NCBI RefSeq assembly: GCF_009914755.1 | Contig: NC_060929.1 | Source: the human T2T-CHM13v2.0 reference genome, Homo sapiens | DNA: 64,000 bases | Direction: 5' to 3' (one strand) | In this document: positions 1 to 12,598 of the stretch, piece after piece | Layout: every line of letters starts with the position of its first letter | Numbering within the stretch: the stretch's first letter is position 1 | Made by a program: the position numbers and the translations under genes | The notes under the pieces: model-generated | Seen by the model: the letters and a program-made list of their open reading frames with translations, nothing else | What the model was told of the DNA's origin: nothing | Database searches by the model: none

Positions 1-111
1 ACACTAAAAGGAAGCACCACCTCTCACTGCCGCAAGAAATGAATGGAATATATGTGATTTTATATGCCTGTTTTTTCTTAAACTCACTGACCTTTTTCTT
101 CCATATAATAT

Positions 112-997
112 TGTTGACAATAAAAGCCAAGCTCTGTAAAATATTTGAAGGGATTTATTCTGAGCCAAATGTGAGAACCATGACCCACCGCAGAGACTCA
201 AGAGGTCCTGAGAAGATGTGCCCAAGATAGTGGAGTTACAGCTTGATTTTATAGGTTTTAGGGAGACCTAGGATATCAATCAATACATGTGAGGTATACT
301 TTGGTTCAGTATGGAAAGATGGGACAACTTGACAAAAGGGACTTACAGGTCAAATGTGGATTCAAAGATTTTCTGATTGGCTAGTGATTGAGAGATTTAA
401 GTTATTATTTAAAGACCTGGAATCAATAGAAAAGAATATCTGTGTTAACATAAGGGGTTGTGGAGACCAATGTCCTTATTATGTAGATGAGGCCTTATAG
501 ATGGCCATCCTCAGAGGCAATAGATGGCAAATGTTTTCAGAGTCTGAAAAGGTGCGAGACTCTCAGTTAATCTCTTCAGGATCAGAAAAAGATCTGGAAA
601 TGGAATAGGATTCTCTATACAATGTAAATTTCCCCTGCAAGAGACAGCTTTGCAGGGTCATTTCAACAGATGTCAAAGAAATACATTTTGGGGTAAAACA
701 TTTAGATTTTTTTCAGGCCTGCTATCTCTCATGCAATGCTATACAAGAGTCAGGTTGTAATTTGATATCTTACTGTTACAATGAGTCTGTTATGTCAGTC
801 TTAAGATCTCTATTTTAATATCCATGTTGGTAAGATGTGCCTAAATTCCAAAGGGAAGAGAGTATAATAAGTCACGTCTGACTCCCCTTCCCCTAATGGG
901 CTGAGCTAGCTTTTCAGGTTTCTTTGGAATCCCCAAGGCCAAGAGGAGGGGTTCATTCAATTGATTGGGAGGCTTAAAATTTTATTTTTGGTTTGCA
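112..997 (-). mobile_element. MER4-family ERV1 solo LTR
   Basis: TG...CA termini. Ends TTTTATTTTTGGTTTGCA, the reverse of the MER4 start TGTAAACCAAAAATAAAATT. Contains TTTATTCTGAGCCAAAT...GAGGTCCTGAGAAGATGTGCCCAAG. Flanks ATAT/ACAT may be a 4-bp TSD. Confidence 0.8.
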
Positions 998-2339
998 ACA
1001 TAATGTACCCATCACTTTATAATAAAAAAAGAAAAATGAGCCCAACTGCATTTTCTTCCTAACTGTTATTTTGGCAAATGTTTCTCATTTTGGCATATAT
1101 TTTTGTAAAATTCTAAGAAAAATATTCTGTGTGCACAACAAGGATAAGAGTGATACCTGATCTCCAAGTGGAAACTGCAATGTTTCTTGCCAATAACCTG
1201 AGTGTGTTAGGATTTGTGTGGCCAAAGTCTGTCTCACTAAGAATAGAAAAGGGGAAATATTACAACAAGCTGTTAGTATAGGAAGTGTTGGGAAAGCAAG
1301 CATAGTCACTGAGCAGAATGAACAACTGTTTTCCTTTACCATGTACCTCATAGGCTTGTTTTCTTTTGTTTCTTTTCATGGGAGTCCATAGCCTTGGTAG
1401 TTTCTCTTTTGGATTCAGTTTCAAATTGCATCTGCTGTTGTTAAACATTTTAAGGAAGATGTAATTATTAAGCAGGTACTGACTAGTCTATGAAGTTGTG
1501 AAATGGAACCTATTTAATAAATCACCTTACCCCATGATGAGCTCGTCTCCTCCAGAGACGAAAATTTTTCTGGAATAATGCCTGGCACTAGCTGCTAATG
1601 TATATTGTTAAAATACTAAATAAAAGTTAGATATTTGTTTTACATTTAAGTTTTGCTTGTCATCAATTTCCATATGAGGGTCATTCTGAAATGTGTGGTC
1701 AGGTAGGGACATTTACTTTGAAATACTTTGTTCAGAGAAGCCAATTAGCTGTCATTTGGCTTTTAAAATACCACTGTCACAATAAATTCTAATATATACA
1801 CTGTTCGAAAAATAAGGATGTTTGGAACTTTTTTAGCTTTACTAAGCCGTCTGGTTCTTACTTCCCAATAGAGTTTCTATAGAAAAAGGAGTAGGAACAC
1901 TATTAAATCTGAGCAACTCAGCTTACTCAAACTTTGAAGTCATATTATCAAGAGCTTTCGGCACTTAAAAGGAATAGAAAAATGGTTACATATCATTCCA
2001 ACTCAAAAATAACATTTCATGAATATTTCATATAAATCACTGTCCTTAATTTAAGCCCTAGCTTAATGTGGTTATTTCACTTTGGAATACATTTATCAGA
2101 TATTATTTCTGACAAAATGATGAACTTTAAACTTTGTAATTATAAGTTCAAAATTAGATTTATTGCCAGAGTTTTGATTTTGTTCTATTTTAATTAAAAA
2201 ATGAATAAGTTCTGATACAAATGTCTCTATTTTTTTCCAAATGCCAGAATTATTGTGGTAGAAACAACATTACATATGAAGAGCTGTGCGTCGTTTAATT
2301 AATAGCTGCATATTTATTTGTTAATTCCAAATAACTAAA

Positions 2340-2745
2340 ATGACTAAAAGTAATTAACAACAAAGAACTTGTGTTCTGTGTACTGTAACAATCCAGGAAC
2401 TGGTGATATAGAGATGGCATATTGGTCCTTAACCTTGAGAGTCTAGTGAAGGACAGACAAGCAGAGTGCTATGGGAGCCCAGAGTCAGGGAGGGAAAAAC
2501 AGTTAAGGTGAATGGTGTAGGGCAGCTAGTCAGGCAAAGAGGAGAAGAGGGGAATCAGGGAGCAAGGAACTACACAGAAAGGGAAGTTGACAGATTCAAT
2601 AGACAGCAAAGACTCCACAGAGAGAACTAGGGCTGCAGGAGGGCTGAAGGCAGACAATAATGATGGAGGCATAAGCAATGGCCAGATTAAAATAGCTTTT
2701 GTGACATGCTAAATATCTATCCCCAGATGATGAAGGTTCATTTTA
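2340..2745 (+). mobile_element. Degenerate L2 LINE fragment
   Basis: L2-like phrases (CCTTGAGAGTCTAGTG..., AGAGTGCTATGGGAGCCCAGAG) in purine-rich, highly diverged sequence; strand and limits uncertain. Confidence 0.45.
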
Positions 2746-4304
2746 CAGGTGTCTTAGGAATAATCGTTTATTAACTCAAGCAACTTGTTTATAGTTGTTG
2801 ATACATCATGATAATATAATATTTTAAAATTTTCTACCATTCTAAGGTGCTGTATTTGTGTATGTATTTTACACACAGACACAAAACTTTTAATCTTCAC
2901 AGCAGAGTCAATGATTTATACATGCTTTTAAGATATGTTGCAAACACTAAGAAGTGCTGCAAATACTGAAAATACGTACGTTTTTTTGTTTTGTTTAAAA
3001 CAGATGTAAGAAATTTCCTCTTTGTATATACAAGAAAGCTCTTTTTATCTTCTGCCTTTTAAGAAAATATTTACCTAATACTGAATCATAAATGGAAAAC
3101 ATTTTCATATCATCTGAGAGCTTCCAAATCTTCTCAAACTATACTTTATCACAATTACTATTTTTTTTAATAATGCATTAAACAAGGCTTAAGTAAAATG
3201 ATAATGAGTATTCAGTAAGTCTGACTTGTGCTTCTTCAGCAACACCTGGGCTTATTCAAGGCAATGTTTGATGGCAAACACTATTCATTGCTTCCAGCAC
3301 TGGCTGCCCATTTGAGTCAGCTGGAGGGCTTTTAACATAGCATGTAGAGCAAGCAAGAAAATAACATTTTTTTTTGCAGGGGGCGGGGAATGATGTTCTG
3401 AGAAGAGAAATGTAATTACAAAGTTGAGAGATCATATTAGCAAACTTAAGCTCTACTATTTACCATTTCTGGCCTGTAGAATCAACTTTACTTTAGAAAA
3501 CCTAACAGATGAATTGCTTGAATTATGATTTATTTATGCCAAGAACTAAAAGAAACTTTTAAAACCCCAGAAGCTAATAACTCATATATTGATCTGTAGG
3601 ATACTCAATCAATGGAATTCAAAGAAAATTTACACTTTAGCTGCAAAACCACATTTTACCTAACAAGGTTAATTTATCTCAATGTCCTGTTTAAAATATT
3701 TTGTTTTGTTACTAGCTTTTTTCAATGAGATGATATTAAGTGACTTGTAGGTATAAAGATTTATGATGAATTTAAAAAATAAAATCATGCAAAGCAACTG
3801 TTTTTTTTCCCAAAAACTTTATTGTTTTTAATTGTTTAAGATCATCTTTCCTATCTTCATAACCCCAGAATCCAGGACCATCTCTATGCACCAGGTGCCA
3901 GGCCCACCCCAGTGAACTTTGATTCTAAGTCCACCAGGCCAGTTCCTGTGGACTTACAATCAGGTGCAGTCCATCGAACCTAGCAACCAGACTTGTCACA
4001 GTGCCAGGACAGCTCCGATAGACACAGGGTTAAGGCCTACCCCAGAGCTAAAGTTGGCTCCCTGTGAACCCAGGCTTCAGGTCTAGCCCTAAGCATTCAA
4101 GTTTCAGGCCTGCCCTTGCAGACCCGAGTATCAACCAGGCTGACTTCTGTGAACCCAGGCACCAAGCCCATCTCTCATCTAATCACTGACCCATGCACCA
4201 TGAAAGCCCACCCAAACACTCCAGCAGCAAGCCAACCTGACTGACCATTTCAGAGAAGGCCCATTCGTGGATCCTAATATTTAGTCAGAATATTGGACAG
4301 GCTG

Positions 4305-4663
4305 TGTATTATTCTCTTCTCACACTGCTACAAAAATACTACCAAGACTCAGTAACTAATAAACAAAGGGGATTTAATTGACTCATGGTTCCACATGGCT
4401 GGGAAGCCTCAGCAAAGTTATAATCATGGAGGAAAAAGGAAGCAGGCACCTTCTTCACAAGGTGACAGGAGAGAGAGTGTGAGTGTGTGAAGAAGGAACT
4501 GTCAACGCTTATGAAACCATCAGCTCTCCTGAGAACTCACTCACTATTATGAGAACAGCATGGGGGAAACCACCCCCATGATCCAATCACCTCCCTCACT
4601 TGACACATAGGGATTACAATTCAAGATGAGATTTGGGTGGGGACACAGAGTCAAACCATATCA
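4305..4663 (-). mobile_element. THE1D/MSTA-type MaLR solo LTR nested in L1
   Basis: TGTATT...GAGATTTGGGTGGGGACACAGAGTCAAACCATATCA. Perfect 5-bp TSD GGCTG at 4300-4304 and 4664-4668. Confidence 0.92.
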
Positions 4664-4804
4664 GGCTGATTGGTGAAGGACTTTTCCTACCAAAACCAGT
4701 CAGTGAAGACTTCAAGAGGTGTCCATTACCTTGAGTGTGGAGACACCATGACAAAGTCACAGGAGTCAAAACTAATCAGAGAAACATAACACTACCAAAG
4801 GAAA

Positions 4805-4809
4805 ACACA

Positions 4810-4851
<42 letters not shown>
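4805..4851. repeat. (CA)n microsatellite
   Basis: About 20 uninterrupted AC units. Confidence 0.97.
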
Positions 4852-4852
<1 letters not shown>

Positions 4853-7347
4853 CAGAAATGGAGATCTACAAACCACCTGACAAAAATTCACAATAATTAT
4901 CTTAAGGAAGCTCAGTGAACTACAGAAAAACTTTGACAATTAAACTAAATCAGGAAAATAATACACAAACAAAATCAGCAGCTGAATAAAGAGAAACTAT
5001 AAAAAAGAACCAAGCAGGCATTCTGAAACTGAAGAACAAAATGAATAAATTAAAGGTTTTATAGAGTGTTGTGATCATGAATGAAATTAAGCAGAATAAA
5101 GAATCTGTGAACTTGAATACAGGTCATTTTAAGTAACCCAGTCAGAGGAACAAAAATAAGAAAAGAATAAAAAGTGAATTAATGTCTATGAGACTTATGG
5201 GAGACTATCAAGTATCAAGTGTATAAGTATGCACATTATAGTATTCTCAGAGAAAAAGAGATGGTCAGAAAGATTAAAGAAATAATGACAGAAAACTTCC
5301 CAAATCTGGGAGAGAAATGAACAATCAGATTAATAAAGCCCAAAGAACACCAAACACAAAAAAGTCTTCACCAAGCCACATTATTATCAAACTTTCAGAA
5401 GTCAAATACGGAGAGAATTTCGAAAACAGCAAGAAAAAAGTAATTCATCACATACAATGGAACTTCCATAAGAATATCAACAGATTTCTCAGGCAAATCC
5501 CTACAGACCAGGGAAAAGTGGGATGCTATTCAAAATGTGGAAATAAAAAAAGAAAAATAAACAAAAACTCTGAAACTAATAACGCTATACTTAGAAAATC
5601 TGTCCTTCCAAAATGATGAAAAGATATTACTTTCCCAAACAACAAAAACTGAGTTCATCTCTAGTAGAAGTAAATTACAAAAAAAAAAAAAAAAAAGCTA
5701 AATAGAGCTCTTCACACTGAAATCAAAGAATGCCAAAAGGATATAAAAATATAAAATTTAGTGTATATGTAAGAATATAATTCATAAAATGTTATAAGGT
5801 AGTGCATAAGTAATTTTTAACTTTAGTATGAAAGTTAAAATACAAAATAAATATAGCTTTAATAATTTTCTAATGGATACATAATATATAAGAGATGTAA
5901 ATTGTGACACGGATAACAAAGTCGGGGGGCAGAAATTAAAGTGTAGAGTTTTTGTACATGATTGAAGTTCATTTGTTATTGGATTGAAATAGAATGCCAT
6001 AACTATAAGATATTTAAGCCTAATGGGAACTATGAATGGAAACCTGAAGTAGATACAAAGAGAGAAGGAAAGTAATCAAAGCATAGCACTACAAAAAATT
6101 ATCAAAGCATAAGAAAGATAACAAGAAAAAGAAAAGCAGAACAAATCAGTCAGAAAACAATTGACAATATGGCAATAGTTAAGTTTTTAACTGCAAACAA
6201 TTGCTTTAAATGTAAAAGAATTAAATTCTACAATCAAAAATAATAGAATGGCTCAATGGATAAAAAATAATTCAACAATATGTTTCTTGACTCTTTTTAA
6301 AATTAAGGACACACATAGATTGAAAGTAAAGAGACAGAAATAGATATTCCATGCTAAAGAGAGTAAAAGGTATCAAAAATAGAGCAGAAATTTCTATGCT
6401 TATATCAGAAGAAAGTAGACTTTAATTGAAAAATTGTCACAAGACACAGTCATTGTATAATAGTAAAACCATCGATTAATCAAAGGAATGTAGCAATTTT
6501 AAATATACATGCCCTCAACATTAAACTAACTAAACATATTAAACAAAACTCAACATAACTGTGGTGGGATGTAGAGAGCAATTTCACAAGAGTAGGAACT
6601 GTAATATTCCACTTTCAAAAATGGATAGATCATTTAGACAGACGATCAGTTTACAAAGAGTAGATTTGAGATACACTATGGAACAAATGCATCTAACAGA
6701 CAGACACAATATTCCATCCAACAGCACCAGGATAAATATTGTTTTCAAGCACACATGAAACATTCTCCAGGATAGATCATATGTTAGTCCAGAAAGCAAG
6801 TCTTAGAAAATTTATGAACATTGAAATCATATCAATTATCTTTTCTGACTAGATGGTATGAAATTAGAAATAACAGGAAGAAAATTAGAAAATTTACACA
6901 TATGTGGAAGTTAAAAAATATACTCCTGAACCACCAATGGGTCAAAGAAGAAATCAGAAGAAGAATTAAAAAAAAATCTTGAGACAAACAAAACTAGAAA
7001 CAACATACCAAAACTTATGCAATGCATCAAAGTCTGTTCTCAGAGGGAAATTCATAGCCATAAATGCCTCCATTAAGGAAAAAAAACTACTCAAGTGAAC
7101 AACATTTCACCTCAATGAATTAAAGCAAGAAAAACAAACTATGCCCAAATGGTAGTAGAATGGAGAAAATAATAAAGGTCAGGGAAGAAATAAGTAAAAT
7201 AGAGACAATAGAGAAGATCTATAAAACTACGAGTTGTTTTTTGAAAAGATAAGCAAAATCAACAAACTTTAGTTAGACTAACTTAAAAAAAGACTCAAAT
7301 TATTACAATCAGAAATAAGAGATTTTACAACAAATACCTTAGAAATA

Positions 7348-7560
7348 TAGGAGTCCCACATAATCTGCAGTTTTGTTTTACACAGTTTTAGCTACCCACG
7401 GTACAGTATAAGTTTTTGAGAGACAGAGGGAAGATATACATAGCTTGCATTACAGTATATTTTTATGATTGTTCTATTATAAAATTGTTATTGATTATTG
7501 TTGTTAATTTCTTACTATGCCGAATTTATAAATTAAACTTTATTATAGGTATGTATGTAT
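7348..7560 (+). mobile_element. MER44 (Tigger-derived DNA transposon), right end missing
   Basis: Hallmark TTATTGTTGTTAATTTCTTACTATGCCGAATTTATAAATTAAACTTTATTATAGGTATGTATGTAT; homologous to the copy at 28586. Confidence 0.8.
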
Positions 7561-7637
7561 CAGAAGTCAATGTTTGTATTGTGGTCACTGGGAAAAGGCT
7601 CACCAGGCATAGGCAGCATAAGAATGAGGAACTGGCA

Positions 7638-8388
<751 letters not shown>

Positions 8389-9754
8389 GACAGAGTGTGC
8401 CCAGCAAGGAAACTAGGTTGAGGTCTCGTGCCTCCATTGACTCAATTGGAAAACATCTCAAAGATCCAGAGGGAAAATACAGTCCACTGGCCACATGGGA
8501 CACAGAGGTCTCACCCTCTGAGACAGTTGAACCTCATATTTCCAGCAACTTAGTCAGGGTTGACTCACAATTATTTTGGGCTTTGCCTACAAGTAAAAAT
8601 CTCATAGCCTGTGGTTCTGTAAGGGCTAGATGAATAGTAAATCCTAAAATACTTTTTGTGTTGTTTTGGTGTATCTAGAAAATATTTAATAATAATTGAC
8701 AATGCTTATGATGCAGTATTAAGTAAATATGGCATTGCTCAAAGTTGTATAATCTGTATGAAATGCATTTTAAAATTAGGCATGGATATCTGTCGAAGAC
8801 TGTATTTTAAGCTCTCTACAATTTCTCTCTTAATTGTTCTTGGGGAGTTCAGGGATGTTAGTTATGCATTTGCCAACACTTGAAGAGTCTGTGGGTTGCA
8901 AAAACACTTAGAGTCCAAAGCACTATTTAAATATAAGTTTATTAATGTTTAAAGATGCAGCACAGCTTACTGCATTTTTACTGTCAAGTGTACTGCATGT
9001 TAAGAGGGAGATTAGGAATAAAAAGAGCCCACATCGATGAAAAAGAAAATATCTTCTGTTACCTGCTGAATCTTGCCTCTTCACATATTATCAGGCCGAA
9101 CTCCTGAATTTTTTCTCATTAATTTTTTATTTGTTCACCGTATATCACCCATTGCTCCTTTTATGAGTTCATAAGAAAGAGTATAAAACCATGTTTCCTT
9201 GGGCACAATTTCCTTAAACAAGTTTTAATAAAACATTCATTCAGATTTGCGAGTTGCACCTGGTGCTGTCAGCACTTCCAGCAGCAGGTGCTTCTTGCCT
9301 GTGTTACTGACGTTACAACAGGAAGCATTAAGAGCAAAGTCTGGACATTGTGTCCTAACCCTGGAAACACCTTCAAAGACATTTTAAGCCTGATTCCCTG
9401 AATGTTCACATGTAAAATCATACAGTACAAGTAAATACCCATTTTCTTGATGATATTGACACACAGAAAATAAACAACCTCTCTCTGTTTGTCATCACTT
9501 CCAGACTCACAGTCTTCCTAAAATAGCAGTCCATTTTTCTGGACCTTGCTTGTAAGGTGTCTGGATAATAAATGATTTAAATAAATGTTCTCCATCTCAG
9601 ATCCATTTCTTTTTTGTCATCTCCTGCTCTCTTGTCTGTTGGTGGAAATAGGTCTGGTAAGTCTTCCAGACATGTGCAGACAAAACAATAGTACAACAAA
9701 CAAACAAACAAAAAACTACTCTGGGTGATAAAGCTGTAACAGATTGAGTGTAAG

Positions 9755-9890
9755 CCATATGTCAGACAACATTCTAGTCATTTTCCATGTGCTTATTTTC
9801 ACAACAATAGAGCAAATAAGTATGAGTATCTCCATTTTACAGAAGAGAAAACAGAGACTGAGACAAGTTGAAATAATTGGCAAAGAGACT
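9755..9890 (-). mobile_element. MIR SINE fragment
   Basis: Core CCATTTTACAGAAGAGAAAACAGAGACTGAGA. Confidence 0.65.
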
Positions 9891-10740
9891 TTCTGATTTA
9901 ATCTGCTTTCACCCCTATGGCAGTGAATCTAATCGATCTTAATTTTGGAGACTGAGGATAAGGTAGTGAGAAATAATGTAATTGATGGATATTGAATTTT
10001 GTATAAATATGGGTTTAATTGACCATCTTTCTACAGAGTTAGGCTGCACAAACGCAGGGATTGTGAACGACTGTGTTTCCACTGCATCCTCAACATAGGT
10101 AGGAGTTCTGGGACTTCACAGAGGCTTGTTCCATACTGAAGAATGAATGAGTGTATTGAGCTTTCAATTCTAGTAACATCTCTACTGAGAAGAGTGTCTT
10201 TAATAGGAATGTTTATCCCCGAAGGCGTCGAAGATCTACTTACTCTTCTGTCTTCCTGGTTATTCTTATTTCCCAATTCCGTGTCATAGTTGATCACTCC
10301 ATCTCTATTTCAAAGAGTTCTGTTCTCCCATCTTGACCTAAAACTTGTTATAACTTTTGGGAAACAGGAGGGTTTATCTCACATTTGTTTTAAGTAAAAC
10401 CCCTTGTCTGCAGCTTGTTGGGTGTTGGTTTCATGACAAAACTCACCGTTCTTTAAAAGACTATGGGCCACCCGCTTCACCACAATGGGGCCTGTCATAG
10501 GCTCCTCAGACCTCAGTCTCTGTCACGCGATGCTACTCACTTGAAAACAGACACTGAGGCCCCCCGACATCCTAGGTGGGCTCGCATGAGGTCCCATCAC
10601 ACTCTTCTTACCCAAGGATGTAGCAGGCATGCCCCATTTTTGGCCGAGGGTTCAGAGGGTACCTAGTGGATAATGCACAAACATTATCTATGGACAAACT
10701 CGAATACAGCAAGAGAACTGACCATGGTGAGAAAAAAGGA

Positions 10741-10860
10741 CAACTCCACAGGATTCCTGAGTGGGGTAGGGAGGCCACCCTCACAAGGTGAGGACCCATC
10801 CAACTCCACAGGAGTCTTAAGCGGGGCAGGGAGGCCACCCTCACGAGGCGAGGACCCATC
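10741..10860. repeat. 2 x 60-bp tandem duplication
   Basis: Units 10741-10800 and 10801-10860 differ at 7 of 60 positions, with no indel. Confidence 0.97.
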
Positions 10861-11200
10861 TGGAGACAGAACAAAACTTTTGCTTTCTTTATTCCCCCTT
10901 CACCTTCAGATTCTACCCATGGGCCTCTGGGGAAAACAGCAATGCCACTGTCCTCTGAAAACAAGCGTCATGTGTCTGTGAAAAACAGCAAGACCAACTT
11001 GAATGTAAAATTGAGTGGTGTTCATTCCGGATTCACATATACGCTTGCTTGTACGATTTCATTGATCTTTCAGTGGAGAAATATGCTCAGCCAAGAATCT
11101 TTGCCAATGTTACTGGAAAACAGAGAGTGCTATGTAAAGAGAATAAATAATGCCAAACTGCGATCATAATTTTCATTTTATACACAAAATAATGTGGCAT

Positions 11201-11593
11201 TGTATTTGTCCACTCTTGCATTGCTATAAATGCCTAAGACTATGTAATTTATAAAGAAAAGAGGTTTAATTGGCTCACAGTTCCACAGACTGTACTGGAA
11301 ACATGGCTGGGGAGGCCTCAGGGAGCTTTTACTCATGGGGGAAGGTAGAACTGGAGCAGGCATCTTCTCATGGCAGTAGCAGGAAGAAGAGTGAGAGCAG
11401 GGAGTTGTTACACACTTTTAAGCAACCAAATCTTGTGAGAACTCACTCACTATAAAGTGCCAAGGTGAGATGATGCTAAACCACGAGATACTGCCCCCAT
11501 GATCCAATCACCTCCCATCGGGCCCTACCTTCAACACTGGGGATTGCAACTGAACATGAGATTTGGGTGGGGACACAGATCAAAATCATATCA
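11201..11593 (-). mobile_element. MSTA/MSTB MaLR solo LTR
   Basis: TGTATT...AAGAAAAGAGGTTTAATTGGCTCACAGTTCC...GGGGACACAGATCAAAATCATATCA. Confidence 0.9.
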
Positions 11594-12326
11594 GACGTTT
11601 CCCTGATTACTAATTTTAATCTATTTTCTTAAGTTTTGTTACATAATGAGCAAGGGACTTATTCACCAAATCACTTTGTAAGCCATTTGAGCCCAACAGC
11701 AGTGGAGGGAAGAGGTGTCATAGAGTTACATTGGGAGAAGTTGAAATGATTGAATTACATAATTACAATATTTGCAGTGATGACATTTGACTTTTTTGAT
11801 TTGGAAGTAATTTTTTTGCTTCAGTTTTGCATCTTTTTTTAAAATATTGTCTAGGGGATTACATTTGTTATTTGGGTTGTTCCTCTTGGTTAGAAACTCT
11901 CACCTTCTGGGTAGGTGTTGTATTGAAGGACTATGTGTCCTGCTGTATCTCTTGTGGCTTATTAAATCCAGGTGCTATTAAGCATAGTTATTGAATTTCT
12001 TAATTTTCCTGCCCCTCTGCTGAAGTGCTCCTGTAGTTTACCATGCTTACACAGTCAGGTTAATGAGGTACTTGCCCTTTGAGATAGCTGTTATCACAAG
12101 GAGCAATTATCTCACTGTGGTAGGGTTTAATCTCCCAGGTCATCTTTCACACCGAGGTAGGAAAGGCAATGTTGCTACTGAAGAGCTCCTTAAGGGGGCC
12201 TCTCTAGATTCCAGTAGAAAATTAAAGCATTGTGTGAGGCTTTTAGTGAACGTACTTCCTGTGTTACCTCAAACCTGATCCGTCACCATCTATTCTGAGT
12301 AAGTATCCCAAGACTCTCCTTAGATG

Positions 12327-12598
12327 TTTGCAAGGAGGCTCTGGAGTCAGGGCAGGCCATGAACCTGCAACTTGAGCAACTGCACAGGGCCCCATGGCAG
12401 AAGGACTCCAGGCTTCATTTAATGCTCTGCTGTTTTTATGCTGAGTCTTAACAATTTTTAAAGAAGGGATTCTGCATTTTCATTTTCCACTAGGGCCTAC
12501 AAATTCTCTGGTTGGTTCTGTCTAGTTGAGGCCTGGGTAACCTTCTAAAGCAGGCTTAGACTTGGTCCTAATTATTCCTTCCCCTCTGACTTTGCAGG
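12327..12598 (+). repeat. 272-bp segment containing a MER91 (hAT) element, copy 1
   Basis: About 96% identical to 16532-16803. MER91-like core at ~12348-12520 (GCACAGGGCCCC...TTTAATGCTCTGCTG...CATTTTCATTTT..ACTAGGGCC..CAAATT). Confidence 0.93.

Larger units (their letters stand above)
3855..7347 (+). mobile_element. Old L1 (L1MA/L1PB-type) 5' portion: 5'UTR, decayed ORF1 and ORF2 endonuclease region; interrupted by a MaLR LTR
   Basis: GC-richer repetitive 5'UTR-like start. ORF 5317-5616 resembles L1 ORF1p (QINKAQRTP...SPSHIIIKLS). ORF2 endonuclease-like text from ~6170, with many stops and frameshifts. Confidence 0.85.

Noticed and set aside
5317-5616. 99-aa ORF as a host gene
   Set aside because: Decayed L1 ORF1 remnant that shifts out of frame.
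10741-10860. CRISPR-like repeat with an internal hairpin
   Set aside because: Only two adjacent units, no spacers, no cas genes, and a primate context.
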